Of a DNA stretch of 64,000 nucleotides, positions 1 through 14,487 are shown in pieces. The first letter of the stretch is position 1; each line of letters opens with the position of its first letter. The translations under genes were made by a program, and so were the position numbers. A model generated the notes under the pieces. It worked only from the letters and a program-made list of their open reading frames with translations, had not been told where the DNA came from and ran no database searches. This DNA comes from Octopus sinensis (taxonomy: Eukaryota), in assembly GCF_006345805.1 (NCBI RefSeq), contig NC_043011.1, positions 34,422,464 through 34,486,463 on the forward strand. Direction: 5' to 3'.

Positions 1-288
1 TCCAAATAATGATTTCAAATTTTGGTACAAGGCTAGCAATTTCGGGGGAGTGGGGGTCAGTCGATTACATCGATCCCAGTGTCCAACTGTGGCTTATTTT
101 ATCGACCCCGAAAGTATGAAAGGTAAAGTCGACCTCGGCGGAATTTGAACCGAGAAAGTAAGGACAGACGAAATGCCGCGAAGCATTTCGCCCGGCGTGC
201 CAGTTCGCCGCCTTAGACAACTCCAGATAATAACGCAGGAATAAGTAGACGGTCATAAATTTACATGTAAGAGCGGGTGGTTGATTAA

Positions 289-477
289 CCCTTTCGCATT
301 TCGATTATTCTGTCAAATGTTGCGCTAATTTATTATGCATTATCTTGTAGCTTTGCGATTTTGATGATGTGATTGTTATTTCTGTTTAAAGTGGCATTGT
401 AGCGTAAGTGTGAGAGGTTTGAATATAAAAGCAGTAGAATATTCGAGTCAGATAGAACCGGTTTAAATGATAAAGGG
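289..477. mobile_element. piggyBac-type MITE
   Basis: TTAA|ccctt ... aaggg|TTAA; same family as 9202-9421. Confidence 0.75.
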
Positions 478-2391
478 TTAAATCAACGCCAGAAAGATAA
501 AAGGTAAAGTTAACCTCGACAGGGTTCGAACTCAGAACTTAAAGATCCATAACAAACAAATACTGAAAAGTATTTCTGTCTGACACTTAAACGATTCTGC
601 CAATCTATCGTCAACAAAGAAGGAAAAAAAATCCATAAGTAATGGGAATAGGTGTCAACTTACGTGGTGCCTGGTTTAAGATAACCCATCTAACTTCTGG
701 AGGATTTGGGTTGATAGGATGGCGTCTGAAAATAGATATAGTAAATGTGTGGTTCTTTGAGTGAGAATGAGCGGGTGGCAGTCCCCTACCCCAGACATAT
801 ATCCATCATTGTAATTGCTTTTGCAATCGTTGTTGCTGTTGTTTAGCCCTAGGTCAGCAGCTCTACTGAGCATGCCTATAAACGCAGTATTCCTGTTGAG
901 ATAATCTTTTTTTGAGTTCAGACATAGTGTATCTAGAACTGTGAAGAAGCGTAGCTTAGTGGTTAGAGGTATTCGGTTCACAATTGTAAGGTCGTGAGTT
1001 CGATTCTAGGCGGCGTGTTGTGTCCTTGGGCAAGACACTTTATTTCTCGTTGCTCCACTCCACTCAGCTCGCAAAAATGAGTTGCATCCATAAGTTGAAA
1101 GGCCAGCTTTGGCACATTCTTTGGTACGTGTATCTTTGGGGTGCCCATCTACTTGCGCGTTAATTTCACGAGCAGGCTGTTCGGTTGATCAGCTCAACAG
1201 AAACACTCGTCGTCGTAACTGACGGAGAGCCAGGCCATCTAGGACTACATATCTAATGTGTCTTTTTTCCTTCCTTCTTTCTTTCTTTTTATTTATTTTT
1301 TTAGACAATAGGGTATACGGGAGTGATTTTGCTGCTATTTCAGACAAGCATGTTTACTTTACATTGAGATATACGAGATTCATTCGTTTCCATTTATTAT
1401 ATTTCATCTTGTCATTGCTCATAACCCCCATCTAATTTCTAATCAGTTGTTGAGTACTCTCTGTGAATAAATGCCCCGATTGCACGAACTAAGACGTACC
1501 GAACCGCTGGGTTACGGGGACGTAAACAAACCAGCATCCATTGTCAAGAAGTGGTAGGGGACAAATACAAGAAAATACACACCCACACGACGGGGTTCCA
1601 TACAGTTTCCCTCATCAAAATTCACTGACAAAGCATTGGTCAATCCGGGACGATAGTAGGTGCTGTGCAGTGGATCTGAACCTGAAACAACCTGGTTCCA
1701 AAACGAGCTTCTTAACCAACACAACGATACATTATTCTCCATAAAGTTACCCTGTCTTTTTCTCTCCACCGCTTTACTCGTCTTCCTCACTTATTCCCTC
1801 TTTTTTTTCTTATCCGCCACTGTTTTCGGCCTTTAAAAATTTTCTTTATTCATTATTCATTATCCCCCCTCTCTCTCTCTCAATATTCACACAAACAAGG
1901 AATTTTAAGTGTCTTCCTTCTAGCAATTCTAGTAGAATACGACTGTATTACACTAGCAGTGTGTATCCCTCTCTGCCTCGAAGTCTGTAGATAACAGACA
2001 AGTCTTCCCATGGCGTCAATGGAATTAATTATCTACCAACACATCCAGTACATCTCTCTTCTCTTTTGTTTCTCTTTCTTGTTGGCCACAGAAAATACTG
2101 AGTCTCTTTTATTTCATGTCTTTCAATGATTTGAGCTCACAAGTGACATCGTTCAGTTTCGTTCTGTCCTTATTTATATCCGTCTTCACTCACGTTCTGC
2201 TTCTTATACAACAGACGTTGTCATTTAACCGCCATACTGAAACTAATGCAAACCATCTTACCTGCATTACGCTGTTTGATTGAGTCGTTATCTAACTTCG
2301 CATTTCTAGCCAAAAACTAACTGAAACTTTTGAATCAAACTATGGCTTAAAACACACACACACACGCACGCATAAACAAACAGACAGAGAA

Positions 2392-2427
<36 letters not shown>

Positions 2428-2846
2428 CTAGTGGCGTTTCCTCAGTTTCTGATTTAGGCAGGAGACCGATAATTTTGAGGAGAGATGGGGTTAGCCGATA
2501 TCCCCGACCTCAGTACATATGGTCGACTTTGCTTTTCATCCTTTCAGGGTCGATAAATTAAGTACCAGTTACGCACTGGAGTCGATGTAATCGACTTAAT
2601 ACCTATGTCTGTCCTAGTTTGTCCCCTCTGTGTTTAGCCCCTTGTGGGTAATAAAGAAATAGGTATTTCATTTTATCCGACTCCGATTTTATCAACATAC
2701 GCACACATACATACACACACATTTTATGTATATATGTACTTATATATTTATGTATGTATGTATGAATATATGTATGTGTGTGTGTGTGTGTGCTTGGCGA
2801 TTTTTTTTCCTCCGTCTTCCCTTCTCTGGATCTTTCCTTTTCCTAT

Positions 2847-2881
2847 GTTTCTGACGAAGAGCTCCGCTCGAAACGTAAAAC
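2847..2881 (+). ncRNA. Minimal (dimer-type) type I hammerhead motif within a ~190 bp short repeat (approx. 2794-2980)
   Basis: GTTT CTGACGA A GAGC-TCC-GCTC GAAAC GTA AAAC; stem III is the palindrome ACGT, and there is one extra A after A9. Confidence 0.72.
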
Positions 2882-2978
2882 CCTCCTTCTTCCCTTCCTT
2901 CCTGAGCGTCCAATAATACTATATTTGTTCCACGTCCTCGCGTTGTTGTGTTTTCTCTGTGTTTTCATGTTTGGATAA

Positions 2979-3038
<60 letters not shown>

Positions 3039-3524
3039 TAGATAGATATAGTGTGTAATAGTAAACAAATTTTCATGCTATACAAAATCAAATCATGGGA
3101 TTTCACTGTCATAATTTTAGGTTCCTATCGCAATTACACTTTTTCCTGACACTAAACTGCATGTTAACCTCCAAAAGATTCTTCAAACTTTACTCAAATT
3201 CTAATGAAACTTGCCTCAAGCAAAAGGGGCGAGTGGAACTTCTGGCTAGGGGCCCTCAGGACAGTTGCCCCTCCCTCATTTAAACATAAATGTTTGGCTT
3301 GTTAAGACGTGCGACTCCGACGATTAAACGATTCGTGTGTATTTAAATAGTTGTTTACTCAATAGTTGTTTACTAAACATGTGTTATATTTATAAAATGG
3401 TGCTGATAGACTGCTTGATGGCGAGTTGGCTATATGGCTGGCTGGATAGATGGGTGAATGGAAGAGAGGTGGATTATTGTAAAGATGCGATAGCTACGTC
3501 GACAGAGAGATAGATAGAATGGAT

Positions 3525-3600
3525 GGTTGGATAGATAGGTGGATGAATGGATATACAGACGAACAGATAGACAGAGAGATACGTAGACAGACACATAAAC

Positions 3601-3672
<72 letters not shown>

Positions 3673-3724
3673 GGATAGACAGAGAGATAGATAGTTAGAT
3701 AGATAGATAGATAGATAATCAGAC

Positions 3725-3780
<56 letters not shown>

Positions 3781-3793
3781 CGATAGATAGATC

Positions 3794-3861
<68 letters not shown>

Positions 3862-3965
3862 CAGAGATCGATAGATTGAGGGATAAGCAAACTGACAGAC
3901 AGATACATAGATAAATCGGTAGATAAACAGATAGGCAGGCAGAAAGACAGACAGACATATAGATA
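3525..3965. repeat. (GATA)n microsatellite
   Basis: Direct inspection. Confidence 0.95.
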
Positions 3966-4565
3966 GATTGAGGGTTATACAAACCGACAAACAGTCGGAC
4001 AGATAGATAGGAAGAAAGAAAAATACATGCATACATACACACACACATACATACATACATACGTGGGTAGGTAGACCAAGTGGTATGTAGACGGACCGGT
4101 GGTCAGAGAAGAAAGATAGACAGACAGATAGATAGATAGATTAATAGAAAAAACAAATATAGAGATGGGCAAGCAAACAGCCGACAAGCATAGATAAGAT
4201 GCATGTTAAAAATATAAATATATAATACAAATACAGATACCCAAAAATACACGTGTATCTATGGGTGTCTGTACGTGTGTGTGTGTGTGGGGGGGGGAGA
4301 TAAGACAAACAGGGGGCATGGAAAAAAGCGGTTGTGCCTGTATTGAAAGGGTGGAAATTAACGTAAAATTTGAAGAGAAAAGGAATTGAAATTTCAATGC
4401 CTTTCGTGTTTTGGTTCCAGATAAGATTTTGCCGGAGATTTAATACTGCCAAGGGATAACAGAGAGGCTTGTCAAATCTTAAAACTTTCCTTTCATCCCA
4501 CCACCACCTCTCTCTCTCTCTCCTCTCTCTCTTTCTCTTTCTGCGCGCGAGCACACACACACACA

Positions 4566-4617
<52 letters not shown>

Positions 4618-5056
4618 CTATCTCTATCACCTTTTCTCTGTGATATGAACGTGCGAATGTATGAACTGTTTGTCGAAATGTTATTTAAATTTAAATGCAA
4701 AAACAAATAAGATAATGACAACAAACACTAGTTTTTATCTCGCGTTATTTACTCACATACATGAATACATAAAACATGTCTAAGTATACAGTATGTGTGT
4801 GCGCACGCAACACCTACACACAAACACACGCATATATCGTATTCACTCGTATATAAGGCGCACTCTTTTATGGTTGATTTTTAACTGAAAAACCTGGGGT
4901 GCGACTTATACACGAACACACGCATAAATATAATGTATACATAAATATATGCGTATACCATATGCAAACACATATACATAAATGTGCGCGTGTGTGTCTG
5001 TTTACTTTAATGTCAAGTTGTATAAAAAAACAATTTAACATTGAACTGAAGATATG

Positions 5057-5101
<45 letters not shown>

Positions 5102-6064
5102 ATAATATTAGGGAGTAAATCCAAACTTACAGGGAAAAATTAGATTTAGGAATAAATCTAATTTTACAGTATAAATATATATATTTATATATTAAATTAG
5201 AGATAAAACACTATTAGGCAAATCAAACAGTGAAAAATATAAACCAAAACATAGAAATGAAATTAATTAATATAATATACAAAATATATAAAATATAAAA
5301 TTCAAAATTTGATTATTAAATTTAAAGTTAGAATTAAAAAAAAATATTTTAAATATTAATTTAAACTTATAAATTTATATATATATATATATATATATAT
5401 AGATATATATATATATGTTATATTATTTTTATTTTTATTTTTATTTTATATATAAGTACACACACATATGTATATATATATGTGTGTGTGTGCGCGTGTG
5501 TATACATATCCATATAAACATACACATGCATACATACATACATCCATAGATACATACATGCACTTCAACTGATCTCGGGTCGAAATTTTACTTGTCCAGG
5601 CTTGTTCATTTATTGTATCTAAATAACTGATTATTCCCCCAGATACGCGTATCTTCAGACCTTCGAATTACGGGTACAACCCATCTGATAGTCTTTTAGA
5701 CAATTTTTGTCCACGCATTTTCACTCACAAGCTATAAGGGCGACATAAGGCTGTGGAAAGTTACACTTGCCCGAGAGCTATGCAGTATCGAACTCGTTGC
5801 TGCGTGATTGGCCAAACGCTTAAGACGTTGTACCATCTCAGCATACCAAATACATCAATGAAAACAACACTAGGATCTTTTCTACTACCAAATTATGTTT
5901 TCTGGCTGGGGTAAAATGATCAAATTTTAAACCTCTAACTGTTCTTTAAAATTTTTTTTTGGAACAAGTGAATTAGGTCTCGAGATTCAGCATGGAAAAT
6001 TACATGAATATACCAAATTCGAAAATTTTCACTTGATTTTAAAATTTCAAGAAGTGCAGCCAAA

Positions 6065-6345
6065 TAGAAAAGATCTCTACACTATTGACGGATCAGTAAT
6101 GTATATAGGATGTGATTAGAATGTCATAGGAAAAAATCACAAGACAAATTCTTCTAACCGAACCAACTGGCGAGAGACCTAGGGGTAGACCAAGAATGAG
6201 ATGGTTGGATGATATCCTTAGTCTCTGTTGGACATGCATCGGAATCCAGCTAGAAAGTGTAATGACGATTGCTTCTGACTGGACCCTACGGAGGAGGTGT
6301 CTGAGGACTACGGCTACCTAGGGATAGTGGGTGCAGAATATTGAT
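6065..6345 (+). mobile_element. RTE-type LINE C-terminal remnant
   Basis: DVIRMS*EKITRQILLTEPTGERPRGRPRMRWLDDI. Confidence 0.7.
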
Positions 6346-6699
6346 TAATGGTATTCTCAGCCTATTTGAAAGCCTTAATAGTGATGGGTTTATAAGCAGT
6401 CTGTTCCTGGACACAGTCACTGATGAAATTCCAGTTCAATATTCAAGATACGGAATAAAGGAATGGAAATGTTTTCTGTGTATATGCAGACATGTTGTTT
6501 ACATCTGACTAAATATGTAGCGTTCGAGACTTGTATGTATGTATGTATGTATATATAAAGTATGCATTGCGTATAAAGATTAAATAATGTCGTACATATA
6601 TACCTGTTTATTGCTAGATATGTCTTTTTTTTTATCTCGCTATTTAATGTGTCTGTGTATGAGCGGGCGTTATATATACCGACACATATATACATGAAT

Positions 6700-6733
<34 letters not shown>

Positions 6734-6748
6734 GCATTATCTAGCTAA

Positions 6749-6818
<70 letters not shown>

Positions 6819-7027
6819 CTATATATATATATATATATATTATATATATTATATATATTGTGTATGCATTATCTGTGTGTCTATCTTACTATCTATCTAT
6901 AAATTTATAATATAATGTATTGTGCGTACGCATATACGCATGTGTGTTAAAAATAACGTTATCTCTGCTCTCTTCCTTTCTCCCTTCTCAGTTTGTCGGT
7001 TTCTCTCTCTCCCTCTCTGACACACAT

Positions 7028-7108
<81 letters not shown>

Positions 7109-7418
7109 ATGTGCTTGTGTGTGTATAATACTCTGCGTTTATTTATTCATCTGTTGGTTCACTTATTTATAGCTATCCATTTATTTATAAATTATCCGTT
7201 TCCATGTTTATCTTACCTGATCCTTCCCTGAAATCAGAACCAACGAGAACGAAAAAGTGAATAATTACTCTTTCTTTTCTTTCCCCCTTTTTTTTTTATT
7301 AACTGCCCCCCCAAAAAACAAGCTTGTTCCAGAATAACAAACTAGTAGAAAGTGGTGCTTCCGCTATCAACCTCAATCCTCCCTTGTGCCATTTTGGAAA
7401 TTAAAATTTGTTCAGAAA

Positions 7419-7858
7419 CTAAACCCGAGTGGGCGATCTTTCGTCTCTTTCCGTCGATTTCCGTAAAAAATTTTTTTTTTAACATATGGGCTTGCGGGAA
7501 CTTTTGAAGTAATATACATACATATACACATACACCGAGTAAAAAATTTCAGTTATCTCTTTCTTTCACACATTACTCTGTCTCTTCACACACACTAACA
7601 GAAGCACTTCACTTACACAACATACTGTCTGTCTCCCACACCCCATCAAACACACACACACACAGACATGTACATCAATGCTTCCCCTGGACGGTAACTT
7701 CAAAAGAACTTCCCTCGTCATACAATCGCTTTCTCTTAGTCTCTTTCGCCCTCATTACTTCAAAAGTTCCCGCAAGCCCATATGTAAAAAAAAAAATTTT
7801 TTTACGGAAATCGACGGAAAGGTCTACTAGAGACGAAAGATTGCCCACGAGTGTTTAG
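7419..7858. mobile_element. Foldback/MITE with ~95 bp TIRs, superfamily unassigned
   Basis: ctaaac...gtgggcgatctttcgtctct...gggcttgcgggaacttttgaagtaat is mirrored at 7754-7858; no TSD found. Confidence 0.75.
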
Positions 7859-7959
7859 ACTCTTGTCGTTTTCGAAGCATTTACATTGAAATAAATTTCC
7901 TTGAAGTTAACCCAGCGTTCTTTCATATCTACTTTTCTCGTTTTCACTCTCTCTGTCAT

Positions 7960-8014
<55 letters not shown>

Positions 8015-8105
8015 CACTATCTCTTGCTTTTAATAATATCCTCCTGTCTTTCTTTTCCTGTTTTATACAACATTCTATCTAGTATCCATCCTTCGCGCAT
8101 AAAAC

Positions 8106-8522
8106 GGATCTTTTCGGTTTGAATGGCAGTTTTTTTTTAAATAATTTCCACGTAACTGAACACTTTTCAACTTCGTATACTTGTAGAATGTGTTTACAAA
8201 ACATCTTTTTCTCTTCGCTTTATTGAGAAAATTCTATAGTTTGTAAGATATTTGTTGCTTTTTTTTCTTCAATTTCTGCAATTTCAACCAATCAATGACG
8301 TCTATTGAGGTGAAAACATTCTGTGCCGTATGAATATGTGCCTCGTTTAAGAAACAGATTGGGTTTATTTACATTTCTAAAGAAAAAAGATACCCACCCT
8401 CACCCCTAACCCTAACCCTAAAACAGATTGAAATGTAATAGATCGATACTAGGGTCATAATTATGGGTGACAATTTCATATGACACCGCTAGAAAAAACT
8501 GCTGTTCAAACAGAAAAGATCC
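8106..8522 (+). mobile_element. GG-terminal MITE with 8 bp TSD (Merlin-like), internal (CCCTAA)n
   Basis: TIR ggatcttttcggtttgaatggcag; TSD cataaaac/cataaaat (7 of 8 match). Confidence 0.8.
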
Positions 8523-9001
8523 CATAAAATTCTTTAAGGGGTCAGAATCGATTGAGCATCATACAAAATGTCTTGCAGTATTTAGTAGCGTTTTAAACGT
8601 CCTGGGTGAAAGTGCGTGGTCTAGTGGTTAGGGTGTTGTAGATAGGATCGCAAGATCGCGGTTTCGATCCTCGGACCGGACGGTGCGTTGTATTCTTGAC
8701 CAAATACTTTGTTTCACACTGCTCTAGTCCATGCAGCCGTAAACGAGTAACCCTGGGGTACCGTTCAGGGAGAATGTTGTGATTTCGGTCGTTCTATATG
8801 TTACGGAAACTGGGCGGCTGACCTTTTGAATCCATGGAAACGAGACAATGATGTACAGATGGACTTATGTTTCTGACTTCGTTTCTCATCGAGAGGCTAA
8901 TTTTCCATTTCGTTCCTCTTAGATCAATAGAAGTAACCACCAGTAAATGTGTGAGATCAATATAATCGACTTCCTGTCTATGTTAGAAATCAATATTCTT
9001 T

Positions 9002-9108
9002 AAGGTGCTACAGTGATGAGTGGTCGACAAGGTGCTACAGTGATGAGTGGTCGACAAGGTGCTACAGTGATGAGTGGTCGACAAGGTGCTACAGTGATGA
9101 GTGGTCGA
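9002..9108. repeat. Minisatellite, 27 bp x 4 (aaggtgctacagtgatgagtggtcgac)
   Basis: Units start at 9002, 9029, 9056 and 9083; no spacers. Confidence 0.95.
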
Positions 9109-9201
9109 ACAGGGAAAATGTACAATTTTGGTTAAGGAAAAAATGACAGAAAAAATAGCTCAATTCATATAAATGTAATAAATATTATTTTAATTAATTA
9201 A

Positions 9202-9421
9202 CCCTTTAGCATTCAGATTCCTCTGTCAAATGTAAAGCCTGTTTAATCACATTGTTTAAAATTAATTGAACTGCATCTTGTAACTCTGAGATTTTGATGA
9301 TGTCCCTGTTTATTTTTAGAGTGACTTTGTAGGGTAGGTGTGAGAGGTCAGAGATGGCTGGTTTGAGCATAAAACAGGAAAACAATTTTGGCCTGGTATG
9401 GCCGGTTTAAACACTAAAGGG
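9202..9421. mobile_element. piggyBac-type MITE
   Basis: TTAA|ccctttag ... ctaaaggg|TTAA. Confidence 0.8.
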
Positions 9422-9456
9422 TTAAATAATATAATGGGTAGTTTGCTTATTTACTA

Positions 9457-10017
9457 TCCAATGTAAGGACCGACAAAGAAATTGAAAATAGACTCTCTAA
9501 GGCAAATAGGTCCTTTGGCAGATTGTACAAACGTGTTTGGCACAATAATAACCTGAAGAACAAAACAAAGATCAGAGTCTACAGGGCCGTGGTTCTCACC
9601 ACTCTTCTCTACGGCTCAGAGACCTGGATTACTTACCGCAGTCACATCCGTCTCCTCGAGCGCTTCCACCAGCGATGTCTCCGCACCATCCTCAACATAC
9701 ACGGGTGTGACTTCGTCACATACATTGAGCTCTTGGAGCGGGCCGAGATCCCCAGCATTGAAGCCATGCTACTGAAGTCCCACCTCCGATGGGCAAGGCA
9801 TGTCTCCAGAATGGAGAACCATCACCTTCCTAAGATTGCCCTGTTTGGCGAACACTCCACCGGCCACCGTGTGAGAAGAGCTCCGAGGAAGCGCTACAAA
9901 GACTGCCTCAAGAAGTCTCTAACAGCACGTCATATTGACCACCAATGCTGGTCAGACCTGGCTGCTGACCGCGATGTCTGGCGCCACACGGTCTTCAACG
10001 CAGTGCAAATAACATAA
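9457..10017 (+). mobile_element. RTE-clade LINE fragment (RT thumb/C-terminal region)
   Basis: DKEIENRLSKANRSFGRL..RVW...TKIRVYRAVVLTTLLYGSETW...ERFHQRCLR.IL...LRWA.HV.RM...PRKRYKD. Confidence 0.9.
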
Positions 10018-10299
10018 AATACGTGGACAACGAGAGAAAAAAATGGAAAACAGGACAAGTAAACACAGAGAAAGGTGAGTGGATTTGGTCGACGGAAACT
10101 GAAAGGAGCCCGTCGTATATATGTATATGTATGTGTGTGTGTGTGTATGTTTGTGTGTCTGTGTTTGTTCCCCCAATATCGCTTGACAACCGATGCTGTT
10201 GTGTTTACGTCCCCGTAACTTAGCGGTTCGGCAAAAGAGACCGATAGAATAAGTACTAGGCTTACGAAGAATAAGTCCTGGGATAAAAAGAAAACCGAC

Positions 10300-10364
<65 letters not shown>

Positions 10365-12161
10365 AATAAATAAATAACTAAATAAACCCGCCAAATATTT
10401 TCTTAGCATTCCTTAAAGGTTACAAGACTTGAGGTTTTATCTTGAACGAAACAACGGTTTAAATGAGACATCTAGACTTTATAGTGTCTGACCTTTGAAG
10501 ACCTTCTTTTAACGAGTTGAAATCAGAGACATTACATTAAACATTTACAGGAATAAATTCTGTTCAGTAGATCTCGGATTAAATCGACTCATTTCTTCCT
10601 CGTCTACAGATATTTTATGCGGTTGCTTGACCTTCTCAGAGCATGGATCCAGAACTCTGTCAGCCTGTCTGTCTTTCCGCCTCTCTCTCTCTCTCCCGCC
10701 CTCCTTCTACCCCTCTCTATCTCCTCCTCTCTCTCCCCTTCTCGTCTTTACGTTTTTCAAACAAATGTGTTAATAGGACCGCATATATTTTCAGTCATAA
10801 GTTATGTAGATACATCAGCGAGTCAAAGAGAAGCAAGAATAGGGGCTGAACTTGTTCTCATGACCGGTTAAATATTGACACTAAATCTCACTCAGATTCT
10901 TTCTTTCTTTCTTTCTTTCTTTCTGTTTTTCTTTTTTTTAAAGAATAATAGCCCCGCGTATCTTTTTAGTCAAAGCTCTCTGACTTGTGGTCACCGCTTA
11001 CTGAATTTATACTGGTCGATGGGCTCAGAAGGAAACACGCCAAAAGAAAAATAAATCCTTGTTCGAACCTATTCGACTCGAAGTCGTGATTGGTGAGATT
11101 TTGTTGATTATGTGGGCAATACTCTAGCGAATCGTGATATCGAGCGATTGCTGAATATACCCGCTACAAGTGTTTTACTCAAGAAATACACACTGCCCAG
11201 TCTGGTAATCGTAATATTATATGTGCAACATTCTAAACCACCAGGCCATGTGACTTCATAATGATAATCCTTTCAACTATAGGCACAAGGCCTGTAAGCG
11301 ACTGTTTTTGCAGTCCCTTCGTTGACGCAATCAGATTTTTGTAGAATTTATGGCAAAAATAAACGCAGATTCTATTATTATTGTGAAGGCTAAGACGGCG
11401 AGCTAGCTGAGTCATTAGCACGCTGAGCAGAATACTTAGCGGTATTTCGTCCTTCTTTGCGTTCTGAGTTCAAATTCCGCCGAAGTCGACTTTACCTTTC
11501 ATCCTTTCAGTGTCGGAAAAATAAGTACCAGTTGAGTACTGGTGGTGGTGTGTGGGTGGGTGGGTGATGGTTTATGTAATCGAATTCTTTGACCTTGTGC
11601 CAAAACTTGAAAACATCAATATTATTATTTTACTCCGAGGTTTTTCAGCCCTTTACATTTCTAAACACGGGGATTTTGTCTGATTGGTTTCTTACACTTA
11701 TTTTCTCTTTAATAAAAACGACAAAATTTTTTGCTTAATAAAAACACACAATTGTTGGAAGAAATTCAGATTTTAGAATATATCTATGAATCTCCTAGCA
11801 TAATAATGAGCGTAGTGTTTTTATATATTTGTATGTCTGTATGTATGTATGTATATATATATATTTGTCCAAGATCAGAGTAGGAGAAAGAGTAGTATAA
11901 GTGAAGGATGAGGAGAGACAATAGTAATTCAGTGAAGGAGAAGTAGTGAGAGTATTAGCCCTGACTGAGAGAGAGAGAGAGAGAGAGAGAAAGTAATAGC
12001 AATGAGAGAAAGGCAGTGGCAAAGAGCGCGTCTTCTATTTTCTTCCGCCACAACATATGAATGAGAAAGGAAGGAGGGATAGATGAATATCGAAGGAAGG
12101 GATGAAAAAAAAATCAGCGGTTCAATTGTGTGAGTGTGTATGTAAAAGCGAGGTATGTGAA

Positions 12162-12192
<31 letters not shown>

Positions 12193-13706
12193 TTGTGTGT
12201 GCATTGGAAATGGGATGGTAAATGTTCAACGCTGAAAAGAAAAATCAAACAGCATTTCAACTCTGAGTATATGTGTGTGCAAGGGAAGTATGTGAATGTT
12301 TGTATCTGTGATTATTATGTACCTTATTTTATACCTTATGTATATATGAAATACTAAAATTAGCCATCTGACGGCACAGGGTCAGCTAGTATACAGATAA
12401 GTATTTACATGAAAGGATAAAGGTATAAACAGACAAAACAATTATGAAATATATACTTGTAAACGTGATGGTTGAGTCATTACACCAGTTTAGATATAAA
12501 GAAGGAAGTAAACAGGTGCGCAGAGAGGTCCTTACAGCTGTTTCAAGAACAGATGCGCAGATGGTGCATGTTGTGCAAAACAAGTGGTAGCAATCCATAT
12601 ATCAGTGATCTATTCCATAATCGGAAGGAGAATGAAATATAGCAATGATCTATTCCATCATCGGAGAGCATGAACATGCACAGTTGATAAACTACCTACA
12701 GCCAGTCGTCATTATGTGGCTAATAACACCCTCGTTTTTAATTACAGTTCACGTTGGTGTTTTAGGGCCTCAAGTCAATGTTCAGCGCTAATTGTATGTA
12801 CCTATTGCTTTATCTCAACAGATGTGATATTACATGAAGTCTATGTATTATTTACTTAGGTCAGTTATGAGCCCTTGGAATCATAAGTCCTGATCATAAC
12901 TCGGTTTCTATGGCGTATATGTGACTTAGATTACAAACTCCATCCTCACTTCCCAACGCACACCACGTTAAACGGGATGACGGACCATCGCAGGTTTTAA
13001 CTTCACAGCCGTTACTTGAACTCGTTTACATATGGATGGAAGGGAGCAACGTGAAATGAAATGTTTTGATCAAGAACACAACGTACTGCCCGGGTCCAGG
13101 AATCGAAAGCATGACCCTATTTGCGATCGTGATTGCTACATTCTAACCACTAGGCCTTCACACATATGTACTAGACAGAAGATACACAGCGATTGCGACT
13201 AAGGTTTTCGTATACGTTGTGTGTATGTGTGTGTGCGCGCGTGCGTAAGTGCGTGTGTGTGTATGTGTTTCCTTGTTACATGGAAAGTAACAAGGATACA
13301 CTTGAAAAGCATCGAGTTATCCAACGAAAGAGAGAAAGATAACGCTTTGCAATTTATCATCTATCAATAAAAATAGATTTGTTCAGATTTCAGAAGTAAT
13401 AAAACATTTATCTCCCTTCTCCTATATCGCTCTCTCTTTCTCTCTCGCTCGCCACACACACACACACACACGAATGCACGCACGACTCCACTACCGTCAC
13501 CACCACCACAGCCACCACAAACTACTACTGTGTATCACGAACATTTATCTCGTAGCGTGACTATGTTTAAAGCTTTGACGCTGTCGACGTCCATTGCAAA
13601 GTAGAAAAAACATGAAAACGGTTAATTTTATTGTTTTTGTTGAAATGTGACCCACTCGCACGTCCATATCAACCCTGTTATCTGTGTGTGTGTTTGTTTG
13701 TTTTGT

Positions 13707-13747
<41 letters not shown>

Positions 13748-14487
13748 ATCTTTAGCTTGTTGCGGCAATGCTGGGCTTAGTCAAATAAATCACCTCCAGT
13801 ACTAATTATTACTTTTTAATAGTTGGATACTTATTCTATCGGTCACCTCTGTAGATCAGCATCTACTAGGTTACGGGGGGCATGAACAAAGCAACGTCGG
13901 TTTCCAAGCGGTGGTAGGGACAAACAGACACAAAGACACATGCATACGTACATATGTGAATACGACGGGCTTCCACACAATTTCCATTTTCCAAATTCAC
14001 TCACAAGGCACTGGTCGACCCGGAGGTTATAGCAGAAGATACTTGTCCAAGGTGCTGCGCAGTTGAATTGAACCCGAAACAATGTGAGTGTATATTAGAT
14101 TGGTAAATAAGTATGTATGTGTATACGTGCATAGTCGAACGGTTAAGCAGTTCGATTTGCAAACACGAGGTCTTTAGTTCAATTCCACCTACATGACATC
14201 TTAGGTAACGTGCCTTTTACCTTAAAAGCCTCAGATTAACCCAAACTTTGAGTGAAATTATACAGAAACTATTGTAGAAATCACCTCACTCCGTTGGTTG
14301 GGTTGTACCACCTATTCTATAATTCAAAGGTCAATAGTTTGTCCTTATCACATTTGCCTTATGTGTGTCACCTTGATTTTTGCTTCAGGAGTATGTTAAA
14401 GACACACGTGTCTGGAATACTCAGCCATATGCACGCTGAAACAAATGAACAAGTAATTCAGTTGATTGAACGACTAAAATATATTCA

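Noticed and set aside
941-1020. tRNA gene (also 8610-8690, 24247-24320, 41049-41120)
   Set aside because: A/B boxes are present but the acceptor stem does not pair, and each runs into a shared SINE body.
9002-9108. CRISPR array or C/D snoRNA (GTGATGA resembles box C)
   Set aside because: The units are contiguous with no spacers, there are no cas genes, the context is eukaryotic, and there is no box D or terminal stem.
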